From Macrostomum lignano (Eukaryota), in NCBI GenBank assembly GCA_002269645.1, contig NIVC01004568.1, positions 1-41,799 on the forward strand: a stretch of 41,799 nucleotides of DNA, written 5' to 3'. The translations under genes and the position numbers were made by a program. Shown here one piece after another: positions 22,701-35,271 of the stretch. The notes beneath the pieces are model-generated. The model had not been told where the DNA came from. It searched no databases and worked only from the letters and a program-made list of their open reading frames with translations. Each line of letters starts with the position of its first letter. Positions within the stretch are counted from its first letter, which is position 1.

Positions 22701-25700
22701 ATGGAAGTCTCGATGTAGACGCGCTCCTCCTCGCTGATCGTTGGATGCAAGCCGGGCCGTTCAAAAGCGTTGAACCACCAAACAGAAAACCAGGCGATGC
22801 CGAGAACGCCTAGGATTCAACGGTATCTTTTAGCTGGAGATCGAATGGCTGGATAAGACTGGTGAGATATTTCAGGCTTGATTGGAGTCAACTGAGAGAT
22901 TTGCTGGTTCAGGTCGGATTGGAGTCAGCTGGGGGGTGATTGGCTATAGGAGGCCTGCAAAAATCGCTGTAGGGACTAGAAGCGTCATAGCAGCATTCAG
23001 CCCACTGTCAGTTTATTAAAAGGCAAGCAAGATTTTGCTGCATGAAACCAAAGCAGGATCAAGAGCCCCAGAAGCTTCAATGGCCTCAAAAAGAACTTCC
23101 GAAGCCTGCGGAAGCTGGGAGCCGGCAGTTCTTTTAAATCATTCTCCATTAAGTATTTCTTCCTGTAGGCCCGGTACAAAGAAGTTTAGCACGGAGATGG
23201 CAGGAAGCAGCTAGAGAAGTAACAGAAAGCAAAGTCGCGTGCCCTCCGGCCAATTAAGCGACCGAGTGTCGAGGCGCGCTGTGGCGGGACCCTTTCACCC
23301 GCTGACCCTCAGAGCAGGCGCTCCTCAGCCATGCTTATGGTCATTATCAGTGCCCCACCCAGCGCTCCAGAGGGCATAGAAACCAGCGCTCACGGCACAC
23401 AGAAATCAATGCCCCATCTCCATTAAGACTGTGAAAGCTGAATTGACTCGTGCTCTATTCTTAGCTACAAGCACAACCCAGTCTGAGCTGCTGGATGAAC
23501 AAAGGCACAGGGATTTCACGAAGAGAGAGAGGCTTCTTCTTTTCCCCCCGTTCGTCTTTGCACGAAAGCGTCATTAGGAGGTGCGGGAGTGCGGAAATTG
23601 AAACAGAAGACGCGGCAGATCTGCCGACGGGTGGGGCGGCTGCTCTCTTTGAAGGCTGCGCCGAATTAGTAAGCCTCTGTCTACTTTCAGCTTCCTATGC
23701 GCATTCTTTTGTAAGCTATGCTCAGTACTTTGTTCCATTCCTTATTGCGTTAGTGATCGCTTGCCATGCTCGCACTCTCACTCTGCAACTGTTGTTGCAG
23801 ATTCAGCCCTTAATCGTCTTGTACAGTTCCTTCGGTTGAAAGAATAAATCGGAAAGTTGTACTGCAGATGAAAAATCTCTCTGCGTTGCAGCAGTACAAC
23901 TTAATCAATTGTAAAAGCAACATCGAGATGCCTGAGTTAGCTAGTACCGAGCCGTATGAAGAAATTCTTCGATGAGTGAGACGGTAACTGAACTTTGGGA
24001 TGCGTAACATTAATATTTTACTGCTATTGCTATTGCTATTGCTATTGCTAATCGTAGTCAACTCGAAAATTATGAGCGTAGAACCTGGCCTCACCGTAAA
24101 AATAAAATGGCGCTGGCCACCCCAACCAGTCCGACAGCAGGCCTGACAGGAAAAGTCCCAGAACGGCGCCCGCATACGAGCCGCAGAACGCAATCGTGGC
24201 CAGGCGGGAGCGCTCCAGGGGTGGCGCCCAGTACCGCCAGATGCCGTGACAAGCCGGGTAGGTGGCGCCCTAGCATGGATGATGGGTGCGACTAGTACGT
24301 GACATCTAATTATTTGTGTATGCAAGAGTTCACTCCATAAGTTTTGAGACTTAAACAAATCTCACCTCGACGAGCCCTTGCAGAACGCGGATGAAGATCA
24401 CCAGCACAAAGCTGACATGACAGGCGGTCGGCAGGAAGAGGTTCAGGAAGGACGAGCAGAAGATGGCCAGGCCGAAGATTTTTGTGGCCGGAAGCTTTGC
24501 AGCGATGATGCCGCCGGGAACCTGGGTAAACAAGTAGCCCCAGAAGAACGAGCTTTCAACTGCTCCGACCACGAGGGGTGACCACTGCAGCTCCGCGCTC
24601 TGCATTCGTGAGAGAAAAAAAGTGATGACAGAATGGAATTGAGGCCACTCTGGTAAACTCGGTCTCTGGAGCTTGCCTTCTATACTTGACAAAACTTTAC
24701 TCAAAGGTTACCGTATGAAATATTTTTGGTTTTATGGAACACCTATTATTTTTTAGATCAGAAATTGGGCAAAGTATTTTGAGCTCCGAGAAGCGCTGCC
24801 TTTCATTCCACTAACATCACACAATATCACACAATAGGGCATTGTGAAGCTACAAAGAGGCTGCCTAAAAGGAGACACCCTGTCTAGTTTAGAGAACCCA
24901 AAAGATGAAGCTCAGCTTCCTGTGCTTCCACCACATCAGCCACTCACCGCTCTGTGAGTTGAGTTGCGATAGCGCAGGTAGCTTTCCTCGTAGGGCGCCA
25001 TGGCAACAGCTTGAGTGGCTGCAGCATGCAAATGCGAGGCTCCCGCGTTGCTGCTGTTAGCTACGCCTCGGAGGTAACTCGTGGCCACGCCGGTGTTGCA
25101 GCGGATGCCGAAGCTGATGAGAAACCCCATAGAGCACAAAAACGAAGTAATGTAGCGCTTTGAGCAACGGGCGCAGGGGCACTTGTTGCAGCATATGCAC
25201 AGCCCAGTGTAGTACGTCTTGCCAGTTGGCTTTCGAGGTTCGCCTGAGCCTTCTTCGGCCTCGTCCAGCTCATTGTAGTTGCCGAATTCGTCTGTGTCAT
25301 TGCCCTTCACCAGCTTGCTACAAAAGGGCGGAAGAGCGCTGAAACCTGATAGACTAAAAATCAGTTCTGGCTTTTCATTTTATTCCAACACGAGCCAGCG
25401 CCCAACACAGCTCGTAACTCGGTAAAACTAAAATCTGGCACCAATTGGTTCACAATTAGGATTAGTGACATCTTACTTTTAAATCAGTTTGAGAAGTTTC
25501 CTTTTAATTCTCGTTTCTATCCCCAAGTTCAAAAAGCTGTGGGACATAGCGGATTTGAGGCAAGGACTACTAGACTAGACTAGACTTCTATAACGAAGTG
25601 TTCCTAGTGGTCCTTGATTTGAGGCTGGAGCAATCAGTCCCGGAGAAATCAGTCCTGGAGCATTCATCCCAGAGCAATCAATCCCGGAGAAATCAGTCCT

Positions 25701-28700
25701 GGAGCATTCATCCCAGAGCAATCAGTTCCGGAGAAATCAGTCCTGGAGCATTCATCCCAGAGCAATCAGTTCCGGAGAAATCAGTCCTGGAGCATTCATC
25801 CCAGAGCAATCAGTTCCGGAGAAATCAGTCCTGGAGCATTCATCCCAGAGCAATCAGTTCCGGAGAGATCAGTCCTGGAGCATTCATCCCAGAGCAATCA
25901 GTTCCGGAGAAATCAGTCCTGGAGCATTCATCCCAGAGCAATCAGTTCCGGAGAAATCAGTCCTGGAGCATTCATCCCAGAGCAATCAGTTCCGGAGAAA
26001 TCAGTGCAGAAAAAATCATTCCCAGAGAAATCAGTGCAGAAAAAATCAGTCCCAGAGAAATCAGTCGAGAAAGAATCAGTCCAGAAAGAATCAGTCCTGG
26101 AGGAATCTGCCCCGGAGTGATTTGCAAATCTCTTTTAGAAATTCGGCGGGCATTCTTCTCCCATCCGCTGCAGAGGCCCGCCTGGGAAAGAAGGCGCCAT
26201 CCGACGAATTTGTGTCCGAGTTTTCGGACACCAGAGGCTGGGCAGGAGCGGCTGTCAAAGCTGATTGTCTTCAAAGCCGCTGTCTTGGAGCAACGGCCGC
26301 GGCACACAAATTTAATTTGTCGGCTCTCCAATCCCATTTCTCAGGTACTCGCACTCGGTCAGATCCCTTGGCTATTTTCTTTACACGCGGCTGTCATGAA
26401 GGACGGGGAGTTCCTGCTCACTTTTTGAGACGGCTTTGAGTACTTCAAATTTAAGCAAATTATGTTGAAAAGGCAAAAGGGTAGAAGTGCTGCGGGAGTC
26501 GGAAGAGAAGAATGACAGGAAGGCCCTGCCGTGTGCATGAGAGTAACTCCGAAACTCAAGCGGGTTAGGTCAGTGAAAGCAGGGTACTCAGCCTATTTTG
26601 GCAAGAGTTGGAGATGGCTCCCGCTGCAGGGTAGGAAAATGGATTTGCAGACCGCTGAGGAGAGCGGCATGAAATAGGAGAATAATGGCTGGGAGCGGCC
26701 TGTCACAAGCGGGGCCCGCAGACCCTTGGAGATGCCATTTAAGATTTGCTTGCCCAGTGACTCAGCCTGAGCCGGGGACTTTTGAGACCTGAGCTGGAAG
26801 ATGGATGGCTCTCTGCATCCCAGTCTGGGATTCGAACTCCTATCAGTCTGTGCGAGAGTTTCGCGTGAGGAGGTTGGGGCAAATCAGATTTGGCTTATCG
26901 CGCAAATAACTTATGACGGTTTTCTCTCGCATTTTTTATTTCCAGCCGAGTGGGCGAATTCGCTAAAGGCGGGCAGTTGACGCGGCGCCTCCCCGCTTCC
27001 CGCCTGTCTGTCACAACAAAACCGCTTCAATGCGATTTCGGTCCGGGAAAGCTGATGGAAGAGAATCAAATTTCCTCGCCCAAGCAGATTAATGAGTTGC
27101 AAGTATAAGGTGAGCGGAGGGAGATGGGAGTTAGAAACTGGGCTCGAGCTTGCCGGAGTCGAGGCTGCCGTCAGCGCAAAAAAGTGCAGTGGGGGCCTCC
27201 TAATCCCAAATCCCTCGCGGTTCGGGGATTATCACCTCACTCGGAGATGCGAGTTTCAAAGGATAATCCAGAGACCCGCAAACGCGGCGCCGCAGCCCCA
27301 GCACCTGAGCTTCGCCCGGACTCCCGCTCGGATAAGCCAAGACCTCTGCAGTCACCGCCCCAGCTTGAGGCCGCGGATTAACGGATCTCCAAACAAAGGC
27401 AATGCAATGAAAACCGTGGAAACTGAGCTCCGGCTTTTCTGACTGGATGATGAATCACTTCCCCGAGTACCTGGCTATTGCTAATTGCTGTTCCCATGCA
27501 GCCTTGCAGCAGGCAGTGAAAGCGGTCGCAGCCCTGCCTTGGTCCCTTTGTCCGGCCAGCCATCTGATAGCCGAGCGGCGAATGTAGCGTGACATGGCGC
27601 GCTCGATTCTCGCGGGGATTTTTCCCAGAAATTCCTCAAAGCGCTCAAAGCTCGGAAATTGAAGGACGGTGAAGCGGGGCTTCCGAGTCAGATGCTGCCC
27701 ATCTCCCCCCTGCTAGAGCGCTCAGAGCAGGAGGGAAGCCTTCAGAGGCAGCTTTTGTGGGCTGCTTTGGAGGCTTCTCAATTTCACGCTCGGTAGGAGC
27801 CTCCCGTCGCTGTACCTGCGGCAGCTTCATCCTTTGCCAATCCACCAAGGATTTCCCTGCAGCTCAAAGCGCAGATCAAAATCGCTCAGGAAAATGAAAA
27901 AAACGCTGATTTAGAGCAGGAGCTGTGCAACATGGGAAATGATGTCGCAGACTGCTGCATCAATCACCGCGACACAATGCCTGTCCTTGGGACCCACAGG
28001 CACTCATGACAAAGAAGCTGGTAGCATTGTCGGCACTGGCAGCCCAGTTGCGGTGAAATCATTTTGCACTCTTGCTGAGCACCTCAGGCGCACTGATCGA
28101 TGGCTGGTTTTAGCGTCAGGAGCAGTACTATTGCCACTGTCACAGTTTTAATATCACTCCTCTACTTGCTCCAATATGAGAAATCATTGGGTCGTGCATT
28201 ATTTTCGAGGTACGTACAGGATGTACAGCGCTGCAACTGTATGGGTGTCATCACAACTCGAATCCTATAATTCTACCGCAGCTCTGACCTGCAACCCAAT
28301 CACAGCAGGATGAAATGATGATGCTGAGCTGAATTTACCACTCAATTACTTTGGCGGCCCAGGGATGACACAATAAAGCCTTTTTAGCCAAAAAACGCAG
28401 CCAAATGTGCTTATCCTGTAGTTTTTTTACGTTGAATGCAGTTTCTATGGTGGCCTGATATGCAAAACCACCTCTGAACTGTCCAAGATCGCACTGTGCT
28501 CAGCGCTGTGCTAGACTGGCCCAGCAGAATCGGTGCATATGCTGGCCAGCTGTTGTAATGCTGGGTGTATCATTGCAGCAAGCGGCCAATCTTCAGAGCA
28601 AAATCTGCCCGGGTGGTGGGCAGTTTGACAATCCTAGCACCTCAATGCTGCCATGCCAGTAACTAAGTTGGATCCAAATTGATACCTCATAGGGTTCTGC

Positions 28701-29284
28701 AGGCAAGTAGCTCGCAAGTCTTATTGCAATATTTTTTCGTGTACTGCATCGTGCTAAGAAAAGTCTGCCACAGGAGTCTACCATGGGGAATACGTGGAAT
28801 GCTACGTAAGGCATGCTAAAAAACTACATATATGTATGCATGTTTTCATAGCTGAAGAAATAAAGGAAATACAACTGTTTTAATGCAGCCGAAAGACACA
28901 AAAGGCTTTATGGATCCATTTCATCATTTTTATCTGCCTCTGCATGAAATTTATATAAACTATCCGGTAAGGTTAAAAAACATTTTCGTATAGTTCCCAC
29001 TTTCTTACGGCTCTTAGAGATAGCGAAATCATGAGCCTGTACTTTGGCCATTCGTGCTGTCAAAGTTATCGTAATTTATGGTGCACTGGCATTTATCATT
29101 GGTGCCATGCCATTGATTAGGAGCGCCAAATTGAGGTTTTAAGGGGCTTAGAAAGCGGTGTTCAAGCGAGCCCATCACACCGTTCAGATTTAAATTCGAG
29201 AACTCACCTCCTCAGAGCCGCTATGGACGACTTGGTCTGGTCCTTCCACCCGGGCTCCAACACCTGGTCCTTGAGTCCCTGCAT
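19788..29284 (-). CDS. VGlut: Vesicular glutamate transporter (SLC17A6/7/8, EAT-4/VGLUT type), 10 exons, 616 aa
   Basis: Exons (- strand): 29284-29208, 25317-24948, 24599-24366, 24269-24095, 22809-22673, 22140-21991, 21663-21534, 20687-20577, 20476-20349, 20126-19788. All introns are GT-AG with compatible phases, total 1851 nt. Motifs: [133 protein letters not shown]. Exon 1 is inferred from a clean phase-2 join and is the least certain. Confidence 0.96.
24022..24050. repeat. (TATTGC)n microsatellite in VGLUT intron 4
   Basis: TGCTATTGCTATTGCTATTGCTATTGCTA is directly visible. Confidence 0.9.
25628..26110. repeat. Higher-order minisatellite in VGLUT intron 1: 44-bp unit of 15+15+14-bp monomers, about 8.5 copies, then degenerate monomers
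   Basis: Unit GAGCAATCAGTTCCG-GAGAAATCAGTCCTG-GAGCATTCATCCCA spans 25628 to about 25995. Free GAGAAATCAGTCCCA-like monomers follow up to about 26110. Confidence 0.95.
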
Positions 29285-29659
29285 TGCAACGGCTGGCTAT
29301 CCTTCCCAGTGCGAGCGGCGTCTCAATTTGTGAGGCGAGAGGCGCTGAGAAAGCTGTCGAGGCGCGGCGGAGAGGGACTGGCCTAGAGTATCTCGGATTT
29401 GTGGATTAGCTGAGCACATCCTATCTAAAGGGGGCCTCAGCCAATAGGAGTCGATAATGACGGTCAGATGTTATGTGCGTGTAACTACTACTGATAGTAG
29501 GCTAGGTCGAATCTAATCTAATTGTTGTCAAGTCGCGCCCAGTAAACGATGACAAAGCTGCCCATAGGCTTGGTTTGAGTCAAGTGCGAAATTGTAGCTC
29601 GTATATTTGAAACGAGCAAAGTATTGCAAAGCGAATAGAATAAGCTTAAAAGTTAGAAT

Positions 29660-30860
29660 CGATCACTGACGGACCTTTTACCTGGAGTCGTGCCTTAAAC
29701 CCTTTAATTTGACCTAATTGCTCTCGAAAAACGTATTTGTGCTAGTCAAGAATGCGCTGCAGTTCTTGGTCGCTGTCCGTTGATTGCTTGAACTCAGAAA
29801 CAATTTGCCAGTCGAAGCCAATTCTTTCGAGTCAGTTTCTTCCCAGGAGGTTTGCGCCGTTCCCGCCAGCAACAATCACCGGTAGCTCAAACTCGTGATG
29901 CGTTGTCTGCACTGTTACAATACACTCACCATGGACTTTGATCCGGTCATTGGTGTAGCTCCACAGACAGACTTCGGATTTCCGAAGCTTTAATTCCAGC
30001 TTCCTGCTTGTGGCTTCGTTGATGATGGTTTGGCTAGCTCCGGTATAAATGTCAAAGGTCACTGGCGTGCTATTGACCTTCAGGGTGATGATGTAAGGCT
30101 TGCACTTTCTGGGAATTGCTTGATGCTCGTTGACGCTGCCAATGAAATCGTGACTGCTGTCGCTGTCTGAGCGTCCCTCTTCTTGGGCTCCACATGCGCC
30201 TTCAGTACCGACGTATTTGGCTTTCCCGAAGCGTATCCGCGGCGGAAGTCGAGAAGGTTTCCTGGTTGGTTGACTCTTCTCTGCCCCCTTAGTCCGACAG
30301 GCATCTTGGTGATGTCCGAACTTCTTGCACTTTGTGCACTGGTGAGTCCGGTGGGGACCTGCCGCCCAGTGAGACTGGCAGCCGCAACGGAAGCAGGCTC
30401 GATCACGAGGATTCAGTGTTTCGGCTACCTTCACGTGCTTGACGTCGTGACTTGGTAACCCTGCCTTGCTGATGACGTCTGTTCCTTTCTCCGCTGTCTC
30501 CATCATGACCGCAATCTTGAAGATGTTGCTCAGCGAGTCGTCGTCCTCTTCTTGGAGCAGGCGTCTCTGAATCTGCGAATTACGGAGCCCGGTCACCAAC
30601 TTGTCCCTCAGTGCTTCATCCAGGAATACACCGAACTAGCAATTCGTCGCCAATTTTCGCAGTTGCGCCAGATATTCGCTGATGCTCTCGCCCTCGTGCT
30701 GATTGCGTCGGTAGAAATTGAACCTTTCCACCACCTTCCAGGGCTTGGGGTTAAAATGCTCCCGGAGAGTCTTGATGATGTCAGCACAAGAGGTTGGGGT
30801 AGTTTGTTTTGGTGGGCTTAGCCGGTGGGGCCATCGGCCCCAGGGTTTGGTTATTATTTA
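29660..30860 (-). mobile_element. Decayed Ty3/Gypsy gag-protease fragment (G3)
   Basis: Contains PAKPT...KTLREHFNPKP, VERFNFYRRNQHEGESISEYLAQLRKLA, LRDKLVTGL, knuckles CFRCGCQSH and CTKCKKFGHHQDAC, protease FDIYTGAS (catalytic D appears as Y) and GANLLGRN. In-frame stops and frameshifts are present. Confidence 0.92.
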
Positions 30861-33800
30861 TTGCGGCTCTGGGTCTCGCTCCTGCCCTTTGTCCCGGTTT
30901 GTGCTGTTTGTGTTTTTCTGTTTTGGTGTGCTTGGAGAGTACAAGTGCAGGACTCGACGTATAAACAGCAATACTACGAGCGTAGTTATTGAATACAGCG
31001 AGAAAAGAAACACAAGAGCCTTAAGAAGAGCTTTGGAGAATTCAGAACCTGCACTGACCAACGAGCAAACCAATAGACGTGAGAACGGCGATTTGGCCAC
31101 TGTACAACGAGCGAATCAATAAACGTAACGGCGATTTGGCCACTGGTAAGCCGCCTGCTGCTTGAGTTCGTTCTTTTCTGGGAGCTTGTTAGGCTGAGTT
31201 CTTGCCAGAGCGTCATAACGCCGGGAGATCATATAGCTTTTTGTAGTACTGTGCCGTCTACTCTATTATAGTGTGTACAACCTACAGTATCGAGACTAGA
31301 AGCACTCGAGAGTGTCACCACACCTCGAGCCGCAGCGTGAACTCTGAGTGTCACAACACCATAGGGATCGAACTATTATCGCAGAGCGTCGTCACGCCTG
31401 CTCTTATCCATAAAAGTACAGACAGAGCGTCACAACGCCTGTTATATCACGTATAATATATATTGTACTCGGGACTGGGCACCCAAACCAACCCGGGTTA
31501 CGAAAATATTATTGTCGAATGCTAAAAGCTGGTATTTTTTAGATGCTTAAAAAGTTTAAGTTAGCACAAGAATAACTGCTACATCAAGTGACAGTCACCA
31601 GCAAATTGCAGTATTTAGACTGCCTGGTAGTACTCAGGAGTCTTGACAGCTCGGCCACGCATAGTCCGATACGGCCCATCTCGCTGCACGGGGGCCGGCT
31701 GCACGGAGGCCGGCTGCACGGAGGCCGGCTGACAATCTCCCTGATCGTCCTCTTCGCTGCTCTGTTGGAAATCACCGACTGTCACACCAATCCTCCGAGG
31801 CCTGATGAAGCGACGGTTCCGTCTGAGCAACTGTCCAGTCTCAGTTCGAACCCAGTACGACCTTGGGGAGTTCTCGCACTCGCTATCAATCTCAGCTGCC
31901 ACCCACTCGCACCGAACGAGTTGTAACCACACCAGATACCCAGCTGCTAGTTTCTGCAACGGTCGAGCTCCGCGATTGTACAGCTGCGCTGCTCTAATGC
32001 GCTCTTTTTCAAAAGCCTCAATGCAAGAGTGAAAATGAATTTCCTTTGGCCACAAGTCCTTGACAGTCGCTGGCAGGTCACAGCGAAGCTTACGGCCGAA
32101 TGCCATCTCCGCCTGGCTTGGAAAGCCGCTGCAGACCGGAGTGTTGCGGTAGTGAAACAGTGCCAACTCCAGACTTTGGCCTGTCTCGGAGCATTTCTTC
32201 AACATGTTTTTCGCTGTCTGTACGTAGCGCTCGGCTCTCCCATTCGACTGCGGGTACGTTGGACTCGAGTGAGGTGCTCCACCTTGAATTCAGCCATTGT
32301 CTGTCGAAACTCGCGAGCAGAAAACTGCGGGCCTCCATCACTGACTGGCTTCTCTGGCACTCCAAAGCTTTGAAAATGATCCCGTATCACATTCGCCACA
32401 GCCAAGCTTGTGGTTGATCTCATCCGTGTGACACTGATCCAGCGGCTGTGGGAGTCAACGTACACCAAGTAGGATCCACCAGTGAACTCATAGGTCCGTC
32501 GAACAAATTTGAAACGGAAAATCCGGCATATTCACAGATATCAGCGTTTCTTTGGACTGAGTCCTCATATTCCGCTAGCACGACTCACGTTCACTAACGA
32601 CCTGCTCTACGCAGTTCTGCATTCCTGGCCAGTAGAAATAGTCCTTGGCCTTCAAGTCTATTTTCACGATGCCAGGGTGCCCCGCATGTAGAATTTTGAG
32701 CACTGATTTCCGGGCGTGGCCGTTTGGGACATGAATACGGTTCTTCAGGCATAGAAGACCAGAGGCGTACATCAAGTCATTTCGGATATCCCAAAAAGGC
32801 TTCAGATCTTCTGCCAACTTCGACCGATGCTCTGGCCAACCCTCCTGGATGACAGTACTCAACCGCTCACTAGTCGCATCTTCTGCTGTCGCAGTCTTTA
32901 TCATCTGCAAGATTTCTCGATCACCACAAAAAGCAGCGTTCCACCGATAAAACTTGACCGTCAAGCGCAGTCTCAAGCTGAATAGTGAGAAGATCAGCTG
33001 CACCGTGAGCTCGACTTAAAGTGTCGGCTACATAAAGGTCTTGAGGGCGTGTACTTCACGCGGATGTCATAAGGCTGCAACTGAAGCAGGAGTCGCTGAA
33101 TTCGAGGAGTAGTTTCGCACAAAGCCTTTTTAAAGATCGATTCAAGTGGCTTGTGATCGCTTTGCACTCGCACCGCACGACCCCAGATATAACGATGGAT
33201 TTTTTGCAACCATCGACGATGGCCAAAAGCTCTTTCTCAATCTGCGCGTACGCGCGCTGAGCACTTGTCATAGCCGAGGACGCGTATTCGACGGGGCGAT
33301 CCTCTTGAAGCAGCACTGCGCCGATGCCACTCTTGCTTGCCTTAACTGAGACTGTGACAGGCTTGTTGGTGTCAAACGTGGCTAACAATCGGCTTGAGCA
33401 TAGTTTTGCGACGATCTCATCATACGCTTGGTCGTGTTGATCCACCAAGCTCCATATAACCTCTTTCTTGAGCAGGTGTCTCAGTGGCTCTGCAGTGGCA
33501 GACAAGTGTGGGCAGAATCTGGCCAAGTACGTGACGCAGCCAAGAAACCGCCTCAGCTGTTCTTTCTTTGCTGTCACGCCTTCAAGAGAATCGGGTCTTG
33601 CCATCTCTTTGATCGCTTTAACCTTCTGGGATCAGCCCTCAGTCCATCTGGTCCGAGAATGTCCCCTAGATAGTTTAGCTCTGGGACTCCAACTTTCACC
33701 TTGCTGGGATTCAGCGTCACGTTTGCACGCTTGCACTGATCCATTAGCTGGTGCACCGCCGTATCGTGCTCCTCGATTGTGCGTCCCACACAATAATATC

Positions 33801-34108
33801 ATCGAAGAAGTTTTTTGCGTTTTCCACATGGCTGGTAACATTTCTTCCATGCGTTTCTGAAACACTTCTGGGATCAAAGATAGGCCATACGGCACACGTT
33901 TCCACCTGTATCGACCAAACGGAGTGTGGAAAGTGGTAAGAAACGAACTCTTCTCATCTAGCTTAAGCTGGTGAAAGCTCTCGTTTGCGTCGAGTGTGCT
34001 AAATACAACGGCTTCAGCAGTTGCCATGCGGACCTCCTCAGCTGTTGGGATTGGGTGATACTCGCGCACAATGAACTGATTCAAATATGTCGGATCCAGG
34101 CAAGACGC

Positions 34109-35271
34109 TGTAATAAATACAATTAAATAAATAGCATGCACGATAAGCAATAGTTTAGGCCCTAGACAAACCTATTTTTGGAGCGTTCAGAAACTATTGG
34201 CCTACTTGCCTATCGCCGGTCGGCGAGTTCTACCAATCTTTCTCCAATAGTCGCAGTACGGTACAAGAAAAGGAAGAACACAGGTGAACACGATCCGAAT
34301 AGATTTAGAGAGTGATAATCCTAGTAAGAATAGCTAATGAGTAATGGACTCAGACGATTTAATTAAATGACTTCAAGTTGGTTAAAATCCTTACTACAAT
34401 TTTGCAACGCAATTAAATTTCGAGCACCGATAATGAACAATAACGATGATAATAATTAATTAAATAGATAACGCACTGGCGAGTGGATCTCAGCTTGAAG
34501 AAGAAAAACCGAACAGGACCACGGAGAAGATTCCTAAACACTGGCCTAACCCAGAACCTACTCTCGAACGAGAGCCCTGACGAATCGACTGTTCAGCGGA
34601 GCACTGACTAAGTTCTATCAGCGCTGCCCTTCAGTGTGACACTGAGGCCCTCGGGGTCGAGGCCACGTACTTGATCAAATCCGCCAGTCTCTATCTAGAC
34701 CACGCTTAATAGCGACGACTTCAGACACTGATTGCCGAGACGTTACGCTACAAGACTGAAGCGGTCGGGCAGGGAGTGAAACACGGACCGGGGTGACGAA
34801 ATCGAGCGCCTCAAAGCGCGAAACCAAAATAGGGCAAAACGGCCGGGAAGTTGGAACAAAACCAAGGGCAAAAAAACAGAAGTGAGATCCGACCGCCAAA
34901 CACACTTTCATATATAATCATTTTCAGACCCCTCAAACCCCCCTCAAGCCGGGTGGTGGTCGTCTGGCCGGCGGCTCGCTAAGCTGAGTTGCACTGTGCC
35001 CGCGGCGCCGGGTAGAGTTGGATTTTGCCGTGTGCCAGGGTCCAGACCGATCTTGATTGGCTGGCCGCGCAAAGCTGGGGTTTGCAGAAACTTCAACCCT
35101 CCACTGAGTCACATTTGGTGTCTGACTTCTAACCTGTTTACGCAAAAATTTAGACTCTAACTAACAAGAAAAAGCACATCAGACCGCGTGACTAAATTAA
35201 AGAAAAATAATTATTATTAACAACAATATAGAAACCAGCTAATAGAATACACAAAAGATGCTCACACTACA
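34109..35271. mobile_element. Solo LTR (1163 bp) inserted into G1 RT
   Basis: Termini TGTA...TACA with a 4-bp TSD ACGC at 34105-34108 and 35272-35275. It splits the RT motif KRDGSMR|(L)CLDP and contains no coding domains. Confidence 0.88.

Noticed and set aside
25598-26428. 276-aa + strand ORF
   Set aside because: It is a product of a 44-bp repeat cycling through all frames, antisense within VGLUT intron 1.
26825-26845. B-box-like GGAGTTCGAATCCC on the - strand (tRNA/SINE?)
   Set aside because: No convincing A-box or cloverleaf. The same applies to GTTCGAAAC near 4675.
31206-31442. CRISPR-like repeat-spacer interpretation of the hairpin array
   Set aside because: The repeats are only 15 bp and degenerate, the context is eukaryotic and there are no cas genes. 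It is kept as an RNA-structure finding instead.
31680-31730. 15-bp x3 repeat
   Set aside because: It is an in-frame QPASV repeat in the low-complexity integrase tail of G1, an ordinary feature.
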